DNA of 64,000 nt, taken from contig JACPJU010000001.1 in the NCBI GenBank assembly GCA_016187385.1, positions 101,956-165,955 on the forward strand, read 5' to 3'. Below the pieces are notes generated by a model. It ran no database searches, was not told the DNA's origin, and saw only the letters and a list, made by a program, of their open reading frames with translations. A program made the position numbers and the translations under genes. Positions within the stretch are counted from its first letter, which is position 1. Every line of letters begins with the position of its first letter. This DNA comes from Candidatus Aenigmatarchaeota archaeon (GTDB lineage Archaea > Aenigmatarchaeota > Aenigmatarchaeia > CG10238-14 > SCSR01). Below are positions 34,197 through 42,532 of the stretch, one piece after another.

Positions 34197-34576
34197 AAAA
34201 AAGTTCTTGCTTTGGATTTTTCACTGGCTAAAGTTATTGCAACCTGAACATTATGCGATTGCGCAAGCTCTTTCATAAGTTCAGTCATTTTTGGAACATT
34301 ATTCCTGCCGTAGACATCTAAAATCCATTTTCCGTCGAATGTTGCACCTTGACCGTTCAACAAAAGTGTCCCTATATACGAAGCTGGCATTATGATTCCT
34401 GATAACTCTAATCCTAAAAATCTTTTTGGTTCTAAAATTCCTATATAATCGCGATTCGGTTCTTTCACTCTTACACCATCCGAATCCGCTAATTGATAAC
34501 CTTTTTCTTTTAGGATTTTCGCTACGTTAAATGTCGCGATTTCATGGTAGGTTATTCTCTGAGATAGGTCGTCCAT
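34193..34576 (-). CDS. hypothetical protein embedded in the pyr-like operon
   Basis: 127-aa ORF. Its stop overlaps the pyrF-like start by 4 nt. No family recognised. Confidence 0.45.
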   Translation of the reverse strand: MDDLSQRITYHEIATFNVAKILKEKGYQLADSDGVRVKEPNRDYIGILEPKRFLGLELSGIIMPASYIGTLLLNGQGATFDGKWILDVYGRNNVPKMTELMKELAQSHNVQVAITLASEKSKARTFL

Positions 34577-34633
34577 TCGATCACTAATTACAAATGAAAA
34601 CCAACATTTATAAATCTATAACATAGTTGTCTG

Positions 34634-35860
34634 TTACCTTGTACCGCCTTCTCTCACAGGTTCGTATCCTCTATCAGCTTGCCACTTTAAAGGATTTTCA
34701 AGAAATCTTCTGTAATCTGCAACTGCTCTTGGATTAAACCGTCCACTCTGTTCGGCTGCATCCAATATATATGGTCTTAACGTTACAACATAAATAAGTT
34801 CCAAACCGGATTTCTCAAGTTGTTCTATTGCTTTGGGATTTTCATAATGTAAAATTGTAGCTGCATGATATGCCTTATATCCTCTGTCTCTCAATAGTTG
34901 TGCTGAATTTGTAGTTGTTTGGGCGAAATTGACTAATTCTTCAACCACAAGAGCTTTATCTCCTTTATGGATCAATGGGGTCTCGCCAATTATCTGTCCT
35001 TCGTCTGATTTTCTGGAACCTTCAACATACACAAAAGGCACTTCTTCGCCGTCTTTTAACTCTAGGTTATTTCTAATTTCCCAGCTAGGAACAAGTCCAC
35101 CTGTTACATTTCCTGCAACAAAGTCAACATGCCCTGGGAAAATTCTCATAGCAACTTGTGCACATAAATATTTCATTAAGCCTGGTTGCCCAACCAAACC
35201 TTTGACCATAAGATAACCAGGTCCCCAATTTCCAGAACTATAAAGAAATGGTTCTTCACCACCGTCGATATCTCGGATTTCAAGAGCACCTGCTTCAACA
35301 ATTTCTTTGGCTATATCCTTATAAAAACCCAGTTCGTATTTGAATTTCCGGGCTGATTTTCTTTCAATTCTGTCATAATTATCTATCAAAAATATTAGTT
35401 CATCCTCTCTTATCGCATAGCTTATTCCTAAACCAGAATCCCATAATCTTTTTACGACATCTCTATTTGGTTCTAAAATTGTTGCAACACCTACTGGATT
35501 ATAACCAGTTTCTCTTAATGCTTCTGCAGAACTTTGAACCTTTGTGAAGAAAATATCAGGATCTTCTTCACTTTCAACAATAAGAGCCTTTTGTCCTTTT
35601 TGAATTAGGGGGTTGTTATCAATTCCTGTTATACGTTCCTTTTGCCCGCCCTTCTTTTTTGACTCTCTAATATAGACATAAGGCAATTCTCTACCTGTGA
35701 GACTTACTATGTCATTCTGTAATTGCCACCCGTAAACCATCCCAGGTGTAGCGTTCGCCGCTATAAAGTCCATTTCAGAATCCAAAGCCCTTGGTGATAA
35801 TAAAGCAGTCAGATGTTGCACCAACTTGGGTCGACCGACTAAATTAGCTGTTAGACTCAT
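34634..35860 (-). CDS. tandem-duplicated orotate phosphoribosyltransferase-like protein
   Basis: Two internally homologous type I PRTase halves. N-half: DFIAANATPGMVYGW...LPYVYIRESKKKGGQKERITG...KGQKALIVESEED. C-half: DFVAGNVTGGLVPSW...VPFVYVEGSRKSDEGQIIG...KGDKALVVEELVNFAQTTT. The C-half is preceded by an OPRT hood-like GALEIRD...FLYSSGNWGPGYL. Confidence 0.6.
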   Translation of the reverse strand: MSLTANLVGRPKLVQHLTALLSPRALDSEMDFIAANATPGMVYGWQLQNDIVSLTGRELPYVYIRESKKKGGQKERITGIDNNPLIQKGQKALIVESEEDPDIFFTKVQSSAEALRETGYNPVGVATILEPNRDVVKRLWDSGLGISYAIREDELIFLIDNYDRIERKSARKFKYELGFYKDIAKEIVEAGALEIRDIDGGEEPFLYSSGNWGPGYLMVKGLVGQPGLMKYLCAQVAMRIFPGHVDFVAGNVTGGLVPSWEIRNNLELKDGEEVPFVYVEGSRKSDEGQIIGETPLIHKGDKALVVEELVNFAQTTTNSAQLLRDRGYKAYHAATILHYENPKAIEQLEKSGLELIYVVTLRPYILDAAEQSGRFNPRAVADYRRFLENPLKWQADRGYEPVREGGTR

Positions 35861-35952
35861 TACTACTTGTTTAGGATAGAAAATATAAATACTTACAACC
35901 GGTTTAACCAGATTTAAAAAGGTTTTTATTCAATTAACGCTTTACTGATGGT

Positions 35953-36453
35953 ATGAACTTTGAAGATCATTTGCAATATATAATTCATGCACACAGGAAT
36001 CATTCTACAAACACACATAAGGCAGTTAGATATTGGGACATGAAGACACCTTACAGCATACATCCGATATGGTGCGCAATGACTTTGCTTACTGAGACTT
36101 CGTTGCCAGAAGCGACTAGAGAAAATGGTTCTCTTGCATTATTGTATCATGATATTTTGGAAGATACGACAGTGGAGCTACCGGAGTATTTACCAGAAAG
36201 AGTTCGTTACCTTGTTCAAGAAATGACCTTTGAAGAAGGGTCGGCTCAGGAAATGAGAGAAATATGGTCGAAAGAGTCTGAAGTTAAACTTCTGAAACTT
36301 TATGATAAAGTATCAAACTCGCTTGATGGTATTTGGATGACTCCAGAAAAATACCGTCAATATAATGAATATGTAAGAAGATTACTTCATGAAGTTGAAG
36401 CTGAGTATGGTGAATTGAATATTGTTAAGATCGGGAGAGTAATAATAGGATAG
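35953..36453 (+). CDS. HD-domain phosphohydrolase
   Basis: H...HP...ALLYHDILEDT is the HD motif in a RelA/SpoT-hydrolase-like arrangement. 166 aa. Confidence 0.6.
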   Translation: MNFEDHLQYIIHAHRNHSTNTHKAVRYWDMKTPYSIHPIWCAMTLLTETSLPEATRENGSLALLYHDILEDTTVELPEYLPERVRYLVQEMTFEEGSAQEMREIWSKESEVKLLKLYDKVSNSLDGIWMTPEKYRQYNEYVRRLLHEVEAEYGELNIVKIGRVIIG

Positions 36454-36469
36454 ATTATAAATTTAATTT

Positions 36470-36586
36470 ATGCAATGCCCAAAATGCAGGAGTAAAGATT
36501 TGAACTTTCTTCCATGGCTCGGACTGATTTACGAATGCCGAAAATGCGGATTAAGGACTCCTGTAGTAATTACTAAAAAGAAATGA
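36470..36586 (+). CDS. possible 38-aa zinc-ribbon protein
   Basis: MQCPKCRSKDLNFLPWLGLIYECRKCGLRTPVVITKKK* has CxxC...CxxC. Below the ORF-track cut-off. Confidence 0.3.
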   Translation: MQCPKCRSKDLNFLPWLGLIYECRKCGLRTPVVITKKK

Positions 36587-36604
36587 TATGTCACACGTGT
36601 GACA

Positions 36605-37405
36605 TCAAGGATAACTGTAACTCAAAACCAAATTCCCTTCGCCATCCCTCAAGAACAAAGTATCGCCAGCATTATTCCACACAGCCAGCCTGCTGCTCCA
36701 ATACAATTCATCGTTGCTGTCAGTACCTTTGCCGGAAAACAGAGTAAAACCCGAACCTTCCTTGACTGTGAAATTCTTGAAAGTGTAGATGTTTGTTCCC
36801 TCGTCTTTTGCAATCCATCCAACCATGTTGACGTCAGACTTGCAGATATTCCTAAAAATCACATATTCGTCATTCAGATTCTCATTGTCATTGCCAACAG
36901 CATTATAATTGAAATTAACCACTTCGATGCATATCTCATTTCTGACAGACCACAAACCCCGTACGCTTTCCCTGGCTTCCATTTCAGCATTCTTCAGTTC
37001 GCTGTAGTACTTGTCAGGAGTAAAGACATAAAGAGTAGCATAACCTTCATCCAGCATTATGACATTGATATTATCATCGCCGACAAAAACATATCTCAAC
37101 AATCTTCCGTACTTGTCCTTGTCCTCATTGGTTCTTTCTAGTTTTACTTGCCTGCCTCCAACCAGTTCCGAAAGTCTATCTTTCGCTTCCTGATAGTGAG
37201 CCTCGCTCTTCTCCGGAGTATTTATCCCGAGCAGTCTAACCTTCTCTCCAGTTTCTATTTCTATCGTGTCACCGTCAAAAACCTGAGTTACATTTACAAG
37301 ATTCTCTTGTGTTCTCGTCAAAAGATAGTAGCCTGTATATCCTGATGCGGCGGCCAACAGAAATACAATGAGAACGATCAACAGAATTTTCAATTTGTTT
37401 TCCAC
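36605..37405 (-). CDS. membrane-anchored thermonuclease (SNase-like) fused to a lamin-tail-domain (LTD)
   Basis: N-terminal TM. SNase pattern VFDGDTIEI...VRLLGINTPE...DKYGRLLRYV...MLDEGYA...ARESVRGLWS. C-terminal LTD-like NFNYNAVGNDNENLNDEYVIFRN...GWIAKDEG...FTLFSGKGTDS...VWNNAGDTLFLRDGEGNLV. Confidence 0.8.
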   Translation of the reverse strand: MENKLKILLIVLIVFLLAAASGYTGYYLLTRTQENLVNVTQVFDGDTIEIETGEKVRLLGINTPEKSEAHYQEAKDRLSELVGGRQVKLERTNEDKDKYGRLLRYVFVGDDNINVIMLDEGYATLYVFTPDKYYSELKNAEMEARESVRGLWSVRNEICIEVVNFNYNAVGNDNENLNDEYVIFRNICKSDVNMVGWIAKDEGTNIYTFKNFTVKEGSGFTLFSGKGTDSNDELYWSSRLAVWNNAGDTLFLRDGEGNLVLSYSYP

Positions 37406-37436
37406 AATTAGAATTTTATTTTGCTTATAATATCCT

Positions 37437-37670
37437 TTACCCGGCCTTTCCTTTGCCTTCTATCTTGATTCCTTCCAAGAATGCGGACTTGTCAACCTTC
37501 CCGTATTTTTCTATCACGTCCGCTGTGCTCTCGCTTCCCATTTTATCTGCGCATTCCTTACAAACAGTCACAGTTTTCTGCGTATCTTCGTCTCCTGCGG
37601 TGAAAACAATCGATTTCTTCTTGCATATCATGCATTTTCCTTCAAAAGTTGCGGAAAGTTTTATTTTCAT
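37437..37670 (-). CDS. small CxxC...CxxC protein
   Basis: 77 aa with CMICKKK...CKECADK, a zinc-ribbon-like pair. Confidence 0.4.
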   Translation of the reverse strand: MKIKLSATFEGKCMICKKKSIVFTAGDEDTQKTVTVCKECADKMGSESTADVIEKYGKVDKSAFLEGIKIEGKGKAG

Positions 37671-37855
37671 TACAATTTATTCGATTTTATTTTATAAATG
37701 CGTAAAATTTCGATTCAGAAAAATTTGTGTAATGTTTATATGTAAGAAATAACAAATTATTTTTATAATTAGGTAAAGTGAGGTGTAAAAATTGGCAAAG
37801 AAAAAGAAAAAGCGATAATGACTTCACGACTTTAGGATTTTTTGATTTCCTTTTT

Positions 37856-38263
37856 TTATATTTTAAATTCATACCATTTGACTTTCTTGTCTTCGACCAA
37901 ATCTTTGATCTTGTTCTGAGTGCTGCTTGTTGCGCTCTTGCCTGATTTCACTTCGCAGAACACAACCTGTTTCAGTTCCTTGCTCGATAGTCCGTCGAAT
38001 ATAACAAAATCTATCGGGTCGCCCAGCCATCTAATATCATGAGGGTCGTAAGAGAATCTGTCCAAGAATGGGACAAGCTTCTCCAGAGTTTTCCCGGATA
38101 CAACTCTTGAACTTCGCATGATCGCATCTTCCCGTATTCTCTTTTCCTCGCCGGCAACCCATTCCTTGACTTTATGTTCAAACTTCATCTTCCATTCGAG
38201 ATTCCTGTACACAAGATACACAATTGCAACAGCCAATGCAGCAATAACAAGTTCGAGCAGCAT
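37856..38263 (-). CDS. membrane-anchored endonuclease related to archaeal Holliday junction resolvase (COG4741-like)
   Basis: N-terminal TM followed by SGKTLEKLVPFLDRFSYDPHDIRWLGDPIDFVIFDG...VVFCEVKSGKS, the pattern of the Hjc-related predicted secreted endonuclease family. Confidence 0.6.
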   Translation of the reverse strand: MLLELVIAALAVAIVYLVYRNLEWKMKFEHKVKEWVAGEEKRIREDAIMRSSRVVSGKTLEKLVPFLDRFSYDPHDIRWLGDPIDFVIFDGLSSKELKQVVFCEVKSGKSATSSTQNKIKDLVEDKKVKWYEFKI

Positions 38264-38305
38264 GATTCCGATTAATATTTTAACTTTGCTTCTAAAGAAA
38301 CTTAT

Positions 38306-38998
38306 ATGGTTTTAGCGGAAGTAAGCAGTCTCATTGCGATTTTTATAACCAAAATAACCGAAATCGTGGCTACAATCGGGTATCCCGGGATTTTCATTCT
38401 GATGGTCATGGAAAGCGCTGCTCTTCCGGTTCCCAGCGAGGCCGTGATGCCGTTTGCAGGCTATCTTGCAACACAAGGCAGGTTCAACATCTGGATTGTT
38501 ACTCTAGTCGGCACCTTGGCAAACGTAGTCGGTTCATTGATAGCGTATTATCTTGGATTGCATCTCGGCAGGAGGTTCATCATCAGATACGGCAAATACT
38601 TCTTTTTGAAAGAAAGGTTTCTAGTCATTTCCGAGGACTGGTTCAAGAAATACGGCGAAAAGTCTGTTTTCTTCAGCAGATTGCTGCCTGTTGTCAGGAC
38701 TTTCATCTCACTGCCGGCTGGTATTGGCAAGATGAACGTGTTCAAGTTTTCTCTTTACACCTTTCTCGGGTCTTTGCCGTGGAATTTTGCGCTGACATAT
38801 GTAGGATTCTGGCTCGGGGAGAACTGGCATGTAATTTCCGACTATTTTCATATCGCCGATATCGTAATCGTCGGGTTCATAGCTCTAGCGATATTGTACA
38901 TAATTTTCCATACAAGGAATCATTTCAGCAAGTCCACCGCGGCACCGCCAAGCGAAGCCGGCAGGGCTATCAATATAACCCGCTTCAAAGCAACCTGA
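38306..38998 (+). CDS. dedA: DedA/SNARE-associated family membrane protein
   Basis: GYPGIFILMVMESAALPVPSEAVMPFAGYL and LLPVVRTFISLPAGI are DedA signatures. The last roughly 25 codons run antisense to the neighbouring gene and may not be meaningful. Confidence 0.8.
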   Translation: MVLAEVSSLIAIFITKITEIVATIGYPGIFILMVMESAALPVPSEAVMPFAGYLATQGRFNIWIVTLVGTLANVVGSLIAYYLGLHLGRRFIIRYGKYFFLKERFLVISEDWFKKYGEKSVFFSRLLPVVRTFISLPAGIGKMNVFKFSLYTFLGSLPWNFALTYVGFWLGENWHVISDYFHIADIVIVGFIALAILYIIFHTRNHFSKSTAAPPSEAGRAINITRFKAT

Positions 38999-39465
38999 GT
39001 GTCAACATCCCAAGGCGCTTTGCCCAGAATTGTCAGAAGTGTTGAGACAGTAAGAAACGCAATCAAGTATGTGACAAACAGCCTTTTGGAAAATTCCCTT
39101 ATCACTATTCTTCCTTCGGATGTTATTTTTTCGTACCTTGTGAAGTAAAGCAATACAGAAAGTGCAAACAGAGTCATGAGCATTATCAATATCGCATTCA
39201 GCGTAGGAATCTGCTGGCCAAGCTCCCATACCTCTTGTGTCATCATGAACGGCGATGCCAGTACAATTGAACCTATGAAGATCTGGGCCACGTCCTTCGC
39301 TTCCAGTTTCAGATGAAGCGGATGGAAAGTAGCTACTATGCGCCCTCCCCTTTCTACCAAAGCTTTGATTCTATAGAATCCCGTAGGGGTTTTAACTATG
39401 TCCCCCTGAACAGGAGTTATTTGATGCTCTTGGATTATCTGTTCTCGCTTTTTCTTCCTCGGCAT
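38920..39465 (-). CDS. integral membrane protein (DUF2391-like)
   Basis: 181 aa. FIGSIVLASPFMMTQEVWELG and several TM helices. Family call from memory. Confidence 0.45.
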   Translation of the reverse strand: MPRKKKREQIIQEHQITPVQGDIVKTPTGFYRIKALVERGGRIVATFHPLHLKLEAKDVAQIFIGSIVLASPFMMTQEVWELGQQIPTLNAILIMLMTLFALSVLLYFTRYEKITSEGRIVIREFSKRLFVTYLIAFLTVSTLLTILGKAPWDVDTQVALKRVILIALPASLGGAAVDLLK

Positions 39466-39509
39466 TATAATAATTAGATTTTTTTCAGTTAAATTTAATT
39501 ATGGATTGA

Positions 39510-39635
39510 TAGCCCCGTGCGGATTCGAACCGCAGTTTCGAGGGTTCTTCCTTCATCTGTTATCAGAGCTTTAGACTCCAGTCCAAAGCCTCGCGTGCTT
39601 CTATGGTTTATTTATGGCCACTACACTACGGGGCT
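39510..39635 (-). tRNA. tRNA-Gln(TTG) with two insertions (D-loop about 14-17 nt; anticodon-loop about 38 nt)
   Basis: Reverse complement folds as AGCCCCG TA GTGT AGTGGCCA[TAAATAAACCATAG]AA GCAC G CGAGG CTTTGG[A...38 nt...]CCTCG AAAC TGCGG TTCGAAT CCGCA CGGGGCT A. A1-U72 is as expected for archaeal tRNA-Gln. Confidence 0.7.
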
Positions 39636-39708
39636 ATCGTTAATATTCTATACCCGCATTTCTTTAAAAACTTGATATGGATTTATTCTCTTAAACCGAA
39701 TTGATGTT

Positions 39709-40050
39709 ATGTACAAACAAGTGATAATCCTGAGGAAAGATTTGCATGCCGGCAAAGGAAAGATTATTGCCCACGCGGTTCATGCGGCCATTGGAGCCAT
39801 GAGAAAAGTTGACGATGAAATAATCGAAAAATGGGAATCTGAAGGTAGCAAGAAAGTTGTGCTCAAAGTTCGGGACCTGAAGGAACTGAAAGATGTGGAA
39901 GGCAATCTAAAAAAGTCTAAAATACCGTATTTTCTTGTCAAGGACGCAGGACTGACTCAATTGAAGGCCGGAACAATAACAGCATTGGGCATAGGACCAA
40001 TTGAAGAAAAGAAAGTAGACAAAGTAACAGGGAAGTTGAGATTACTCTAA
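39709..40050 (+). CDS. pth2: peptidyl-tRNA hydrolase, archaeal type (Pth2)
   Basis: MYKQVIILRKDLHAGKGKIIAHAVHAA...KVVLKV...LVKDAGLTQLKAGTITALGIGP is the typical Pth2 sequence. Confidence 0.85.
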   Translation: MYKQVIILRKDLHAGKGKIIAHAVHAAIGAMRKVDDEIIEKWESEGSKKVVLKVRDLKELKDVEGNLKKSKIPYFLVKDAGLTQLKAGTITALGIGPIEEKKVDKVTGKLRLL

Positions 40051-40683
40051 TTTAGTAATGTTTCTTAAAGAATCTAAACTGACAAAATCTGTTGACAGGT
40101 TCTTTGAATTTATAACTAAAGACGGTGATTGTTTTATGCCGTAAATAGAAGTAAGTACCCTAACTGCATTGGTATCTATTTTATCAATATCGAAATTAAA
40201 AACAAACACCTTTCCAATATTTTCTTTTCTTAATTCAGTTAACGCAAATCCTTGTTTAATGGAGTCGTCGTTTTTACCATAGAAAAACAATATAGTTGTT
40301 ATTTCAGGGTTACATTGCTTGTAGTTCTCAATAGTCATCCAATAGTGAATTTCATTCAAAAAGTAAGAATTCTTAAGCATCTCATAATCCTCTCCTCGAA
40401 CAATTCCTTTGTTTTCGAAATTTTGTAAAGAATTCCCTAATTCTTCCGACTGCCTTGCGATATCGACAAGATAAGGCTCTATTAGTTTGCATTCTTTCGA
40501 TGCCAATTCTCTAATGATTTCATTTGTTACTATAAAATCTTCTATTTGCGCATTGAAAAGTTTTGTTTCTTTTTCTATAACTTGTTTTCTCATAGTGTCG
40601 TAATTCAAACCTACAGAAATCCCAATGCCAAAGATTACCATAACAAGTATGCCTACATACAAGAAATTAATTTTTTTGAACAT
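40042..40683 (-). CDS. N-terminally anchored protein, unknown function (last gene of envelope cluster)
   Basis: 213 aa with one N-terminal TM. Its start abuts the GT2 gene stop. Confidence 0.45.
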   Translation of the reverse strand: MFKKINFLYVGILVMVIFGIGISVGLNYDTMRKQVIEKETKLFNAQIEDFIVTNEIIRELASKECKLIEPYLVDIARQSEELGNSLQNFENKGIVRGEDYEMLKNSYFLNEIHYWMTIENYKQCNPEITTILFFYGKNDDSIKQGFALTELRKENIGKVFVFNFDIDKIDTNAVRVLTSIYGIKQSPSLVINSKNLSTDFVSLDSLRNITKLE

Positions 40684-40684
40684 A

Positions 40685-41926
40685 TTACCATTTTCTTTTT
40701 ATTCTTAATATTTCAAATAAAAGCGTTGCCAGCCATATCAACCCCAAAAATGGGTAGTATATTGCAATTGCTAAAATCGACAAAAGAACATTTTTATAGC
40801 TTTCATTAGTAAGCTTCTGAGCTAGTACAATCAGCATAAATGCAAGAAAAACAGTAATCGCTAGTGGAAAGTAAAGTTTAAAATTGAAACTTAATAGAAA
40901 AGCTTCTGCAGATGTCGGCATAGAGATTATTTCTGGGGGGGTGAAACCAACTGCATTGAAATAAAGATAATAACTGTAAAGTGTTTTATATGAGACATAG
41001 CCAACCATCGCAAAACCAGCTGGAATCAAAATAAATGTAGCAACCAAAGCAATTGTAAGCTGATACAATCCGAGGGTTTTGTATTTTGGATTGAGTATCA
41101 TATATCTGTATCTCCAGATGTTCTGTAGAAAACCGCGATTCCACCTGATTCTTTGTCTGAAAAGTTTTCCAAGTGTTTTTGGAACTACTGTATATGTGAA
41201 TGCACTTGCGGAAGCTTTTATTCTATGGCCATGCGATCTAAGTCGAAGAGCAATCTCAAGATCTTCTGTGATATTATGCTCATCAAACCCGCCAAGTTTC
41301 CCGAGAATATCTTTGTTATATAGAGAAAGAGCGCCTGGTGTAACATAGTTTGTATCCATCCTATCCATAACTTTTCTTGCAAGGATAGCTAACAGATATT
41401 CAACTTTCTGAAATTTCTCTAATACAGATTTTACCTTGAACGGTTTTATCGCTGACATTATAGCCCCTAAATTTCTGGGCGTGAAATTCGCCACCAATTT
41501 AGCTATTGTGTCTTTTTCTACAATTGTGTCCGCATCCATAACACCGAACAGTTCACCCTTCGCATGCTTCAGTGCGTTATTTAGAGCCGCGCCCTTTCCT
41601 CTGTTAGGTTGATCAATGAGTTTTATCAACTTCTTCCTAACATACTTTTGGAGTATTCTTTCTGTATTGTCAATAGAACCGTCATTCACGACAATTATCT
41701 CAAGTTTGTCTTTCGGATAGTCACAATTGAGCAGGCTGTTCACAGCATTTTCTATGTTATCTTCTTCATTATAAGCTGGTATTGCAATCGACACCATGAG
41801 GGGATTTTTCAATTGACGATGCTCTTGCTCGATATACTTCTTTTCTCTAAGGTAAGCGATTATCCATACTAAAGAGATGTACGTACCAATTGCTGCTAAT
41901 ATCCAAATCAAGATATCAAGCGACAT
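40685..41926 (-). CDS. processive family-2 glycosyltransferase (IcaA/PgaC/NodC/chitin-synthase-like)
   Basis: N-terminal TM, VSIAIPAYNEEDNI, IIVVNDGSIDNT, DADT, the QRIRWNRG (Q(R/Q)xRW) motif, and several C-terminal TM helices. Confidence 0.85.
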   Translation of the reverse strand: MSLDILIWILAAIGTYISLVWIIAYLREKKYIEQEHRQLKNPLMVSIAIPAYNEEDNIENAVNSLLNCDYPKDKLEIIVVNDGSIDNTERILQKYVRKKLIKLIDQPNRGKGAALNNALKHAKGELFGVMDADTIVEKDTIAKLVANFTPRNLGAIMSAIKPFKVKSVLEKFQKVEYLLAILARKVMDRMDTNYVTPGALSLYNKDILGKLGGFDEHNITEDLEIALRLRSHGHRIKASASAFTYTVVPKTLGKLFRQRIRWNRGFLQNIWRYRYMILNPKYKTLGLYQLTIALVATFILIPAGFAMVGYVSYKTLYSYYLYFNAVGFTPPEIISMPTSAEAFLLSFNFKLYFPLAITVFLAFMLIVLAQKLTNESYKNVLLSILAIAIYYPFLGLIWLATLLFEILRIKRKW

Positions 41927-41941
41927 AATTATAAGTTGGTT

Positions 41942-42487
41942 TTAAATTGTTATATTCATTGAAGTCATCAGAAACTTAATCGTTGCTTGGTCAAAATCTT
42001 TGACTGTCGCGCCTTTTACATAAACGACTCCCTCTATCAATTCTACTTTCGTCTCATCAGACAGCGCCGGCGGAACCAACGCTATTATAAGATTTTCATT
42101 GCTTCCTTTCAGATTTTCAAATGATGTAACTTCCATCGGCACGAACTCGATAAACCAATTAAACCGACTGTAAGCGATAGTGAGCTTGTATGTTATTTCA
42201 AATGCGTTCACTGCAACTATTGAATTGTTTGCCGAATCAATGTAAACTACGGTTATGTTGTGGATGTCGGGATTCCACACAGTATTCAAGATGGTTTCTT
42301 TATCGGGGTAAATGGGAATATTTTCCGCTTCCCTCAAATCGTCCCTGAATTCAAATTCGGCACCATAAAAATTATAGTGTGTGATTGGTTTTGTTTTCAT
42401 GTAATATACTAATCCAGTTCCACCGAATGCAATTGCTATAGAAACTGTTACAACCAACACAAATTTTTGTTTTTTGCTTAAGCTCAT
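41942..42487 (-). CDS. N-terminally anchored protein, unknown function
   Basis: 181 aa with one TM. Lies between the deacetylase and GT2 genes. Confidence 0.45.
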   Translation of the reverse strand: MSLSKKQKFVLVVTVSIAIAFGGTGLVYYMKTKPITHYNFYGAEFEFRDDLREAENIPIYPDKETILNTVWNPDIHNITVVYIDSANNSIVAVNAFEITYKLTIAYSRFNWFIEFVPMEVTSFENLKGSNENLIIALVPPALSDETKVELIEGVVYVKGATVKDFDQATIKFLMTSMNITI

Positions 42488-42532
42488 GGAATTAAGATTG
42501 AAAGTGAACTATAAAAACTTTTCCAGGTAGGC

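Noticed and set aside
36599-37141. 180-aa plus-strand ORF.
   Set aside because: It is fully antisense to the well-supported SNase-LTD gene.
37792-37818. Mini-ORF TTG-GCA-AAG-AAA-AAG-AAA-AAG-CGA-TAA (MAKKKKKR) behind a strong GTGAGGTG SD; considered as L41e-like.
   Set aside because: It is far shorter than L41e (about 25 aa) and has no other support.
38920-38998. 79-nt convergent overlap between dedA and the DUF2391-like gene.
   Set aside because: It is most likely a non-conserved read-through tail of dedA up to the first stop. There is no evidence of a functional antisense arrangement.
39541-39580. Possible C/D-box sRNA inside the tRNA-Gln intron (CUGA and GAUGAAG present), by analogy with the tRNA-Trp intron of euryarchaea.
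   Set aside because: The motifs are degenerate, the spacing is wrong, and I could not verify any obvious guide complementarity.
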